NCBI RefSeq assembly: GCF_032062105.1 | Contig: NW_026920935.1 | Location: 372,001-436,000 of the forward strand | Direction: 5' to 3' | Length of the DNA: 64,000 nt | From: Saccostrea cucullata | Taxonomy: Eukaryota | Shown here: positions 60,922-64,000 of the stretch, one piece after another | Layout of the letters: each line of letters opens with the position of its first letter | Position numbering within the stretch: position 1 is the stretch's first letter | Program-made: the position numbers and the translations under genes | Notes under the pieces: generated by a model | The model's database searches: none | What the model was told of the DNA's origin: nothing | Seen by the model: the letters and a program-made list of their open reading frames with translations, nothing else

Positions 60922-61556
60922 CACATTGAAACAAGTATTGTAGTAAAAATATTTCTCGATTTTCGAGTTAAAGAATTTTTCTTTGTTACTTTCATGAATG
61001 AAATGTAAAGAATATTTAGGAATCCATTTAAATCGGTGGCCAAAAGTGAAACATTAACCTTCAGTAAGTTACAAATAAGAAATCATGAATATCTTATCAC
61101 GTGGTATAGATAAAGGTGATTGACTGATAAACTTGTGGGAAATTCTGCCAAAAAAAAAAATAGACGTCGGCTCACTTTGCATCAATGCAGCAGAATGGCT
61201 ACACTTACAAGCCCGTGTTATCAAAACAAGGCTTTGCTTTAAACCATATTTTCCCACCATTTGCTTTTTTGACCCATTCGTTTTTGTTTGTTAATCGTGT
61301 GTATTGGGATACAATGTAAACTGGTTCTATGGATGAGTGAACAACGGTTACGAGCAGGGGATTAGGGGACCTATTCTCTTTAAACTTGTTCCACGTAATC
61401 CGGGGGCATTCCGACAGTCAACTGATTATTGATTGTGTGTTCGGGTTCCTGTTGGCTTTTCTGGAATTTCTGTTCTAAATTTAACCTTTGTCGTAGGGGG
61501 CTAGTCCCAATGTCCTCACCGGGATAATTCGTTGATACGGTGTGAAATAGTGGGAA

Positions 61557-64000
61557 ATGGAGCCGGAACATCAGGAGAAAGAGTTTCGTGAAAACTTGGA
61601 AGATTTAACCGAGGGTAAGAATAGATTAAATCGACCGTGCTAGATAAAAGCTTACAATGTTGGTCCGATAATTTTAGTTAAGTTATGAAATATGATGTTA
61701 TCTCAATGATAAAGAATTTCATCTAGTAAGGTGTAACGAGTTTCCTATGTAATGACAGTGAATGTCAAACTGTTCATCTGTGTGTGGTTCACGCCGTTTG
61801 GATCAGAAGAAAAGAAAAACTTGACCCAAAACTCGTCAATATTAGTGCCTCTTGAATAGACTAACTTATAAAGATATGACAAACAACAAAAGAAAACTTC
61901 CGTCCTTTTAATAATTATATATATAATAAGCCAGAACATGGCAAATATTCTGCAGACTTCGTGTTTAGTTTTAGAAATGCTAAAGATCGACTTGTTTTGT
62001 TTTAGGGAGGATTACAATTTGCTGCTTCTAGAAGTCCTGAATACATTGTATTTGTTTTTTCTGTAGATTACACTGACAACTATCAAACGACTAAAAATGT
62101 CAATAGAAATATTGATAACATATCGTTAGTGACCTAACAATGCAACACGAATCACCTAACGCATAAAAAAAAACCCGTATGTCCAGTCACGAGACTCAAG
62201 GACTTTCGTTTTTTAAAAAAGAGGAAATTTGAGTACATACAGACGTGCATATCATTATGCATCCGAAGTCTGCATTTTTCCTTCTACGTACCACAATTTA
62301 CTTTAGCATTGGTGGCACAATTTTATATTATGATTACCGAGAGATGAATGCTTTGGAACGGAAGAAATATTGAATTCATGTATCAAAAGTTATATAATCA
62401 GAATCAGTCTATTTAATATTTTATTTCGAACATTTGTCAAATATCATGACCGAAAATTAAATATTGTGGAATTTCAGTAAAGAAAGTGTATTTGATAAAA
62501 ATTCCTCTCGCTGCTAATTATTTTATTTATTTCAAAATAATCCTTTTATTACTTATTAAAATTACTAGAAATAAAAACTCTTTTACAGAATCAGAACCTG
62601 ACGGACTGAAAGCTGCCTTCAACAAAACACTGAAAGAGTAAGAAATTTTCTGGCTAATTAAATCTTATTAATACATAAGTCGGTCTTTTATGGTGTTTAT
62701 AGGAAGAAATATACATTTCTTGGAATTTTTTCAATAATTCTAGATCATTTGATAAAAAAGTTGAGCTCGTGGAACCTTGATGTCCCGTATGACAGTTTAA
62801 CAAACACGTTTTTAATGGAAGCTATTTATATACAGAGTTCTAATATACTCCCAAAAACTCTACAATACGGAATAGTCATTTGATCACCATATGAGGACAT
62901 TGTCGTTAACCCAAATTTAGTTGTAAAAAGATCGCACATAAAAAAAATCAATAAAGAATTAAACTCTTGAAAGTTGATATTTTAATAGTTTGTGAGGTAA
63001 GGAATAGAGCAAATAATAAAGGCAAACAATGTCGATGATGAGGCGTCAACAGACGGTGCTTAAATTTCTGAGTAGCTGTTAGTCAGTGTAAAAGATATCC
63101 TGTTACTTGTTTAAGTGCTCATACCTGTTCTGTTTAGATACACTAATCACCCTTACTAAGGTTTTGTTCTTTTCAAACTGTGATAAGAATCTAGAAGGAC
63201 CGTCATTGTATCATTGGACCATATGATAATTTGTCCCTATAAGGCTTACAATTTTTAAGGAAGATAATACCTGACTGTATTACACCTGTCAAATTCTTTA
63301 TTTTCAGTTTTCTTGGTCTTAAGTCGAAGAAAAAGAAAAGAAGAAATGGACCTCCCTCAGAAACCAATATCGACGAAGATAAAACCGGTCTTTTGGAGAC
63401 TCGAACCAATCAGAACAGCCGGAAACCACGTGCAGTTCCCAGCGTACCAGAGTCTGAAGATACCATACGTCAATCACAGGGCTCCGAAGAACTCAACTGG
63501 TCATACCCAGAGTCGTCCCGCCCACAAACCGATCATGGCCACCAGCCGTCTGTTGACGATACCAGATACAACTTCCGCCACGAGAAGATCGGTCATGCTG
63601 TCCTTGTAATTAACAGTATATTTGACAGCCAATCTGAAAGAAAAAATGCTGCATGGGATTTATACTTCATGCGTAAAATGTTCCAGGAGATGGGGTTTGA
63701 AGTAAACGTTCTTGAAAACCTTACTTCTAGAAAACTTCTCACTGAAATGAAAAGTAAACAGTTTTTGGTAACATTTTGCTCCAATAACTCAAAATTCATT
63801 GTAAAAATGAATTAAGATCTAGAACCGTTTGAAATGTTATCATTTATTTTATTTCGATAGCTTAACTGATTTAAATTAATAGTGATGTGGTGCTTGTAAA
63901 TGAATTACAGGTATACAGAAAAGCATTACTGAAGAATCGGACTGTTTTGCCTGTGTCCTCAGTTCACATGGTATGGAGGGACAAACAAGCACTAAGGGGA
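61557..64000 (+). CDS. Second tandem caspase (partial; runs off window end)
   Basis: Exons 61557-61614 (MEPEHQEKEF...), 62589-62637, 63308-63753 (...YNFRHEKIGHAVLVINSIFDSQSERKNAAWD...GFEV..LENLT), 63911->64000 (DCFACVLSSHG); phases consistent and the visible intron positions match the upstream caspase. Confidence 0.85.

Overview
AT-rich, intron-containing animal genomic DNA. It is probably an oyster-type bivalve, inferred from the 166-bp Cg170-like satellite inside Helentron-type elements, a Deu-domain SINE and a B-box/beta-propeller TRIM. Seven protein-coding genes were reconstructed by hand from GT-AG boundaries and reading-frame phase. They are the 5' half of an ABCC8/9 (SUR)-like ABC transporter (- strand), SPT4 head-to-head with it, a 10-exon paxillin, an intronless B-box/coiled-coil/NHL-propeller TRIM-like gene, a divergently transcribed spliced DUF3987/YfjI-like AAA+ gene, and two tandem caspases (the second runs off the window). 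Introns carry many nested mobile elements: TIR elements with TA, TAA, 5-, 6- and 8-bp TSDs, HINE/Helentron-type elements, SINEs, and a near full-length L1/Tx1 LINE interrupted by a HINE. The most interesting observations are five. (1) A caspase keeps the His/Cys dyad but has lost both S1-pocket arginines, next to a paralog that keeps the first one. (2) Tandem-duplicated, apparently mutually exclusive exons swap the pocket-lining TM7 helix of the SUR-like transporter. (3) A prokaryote/phage-like DUF3987 ATPase gene has a degenerate Walker motif and a duplicated 'poison' splice acceptor. (4) A four-level transposon stack sits in paxillin intron 1. (5) The palindrome TACATGTA is strongly enriched, and an 8-nt insertion of a related sequence is caught inside LINE ORF2. 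Family assignments rest on motif recognition from memory; no database searches were run.
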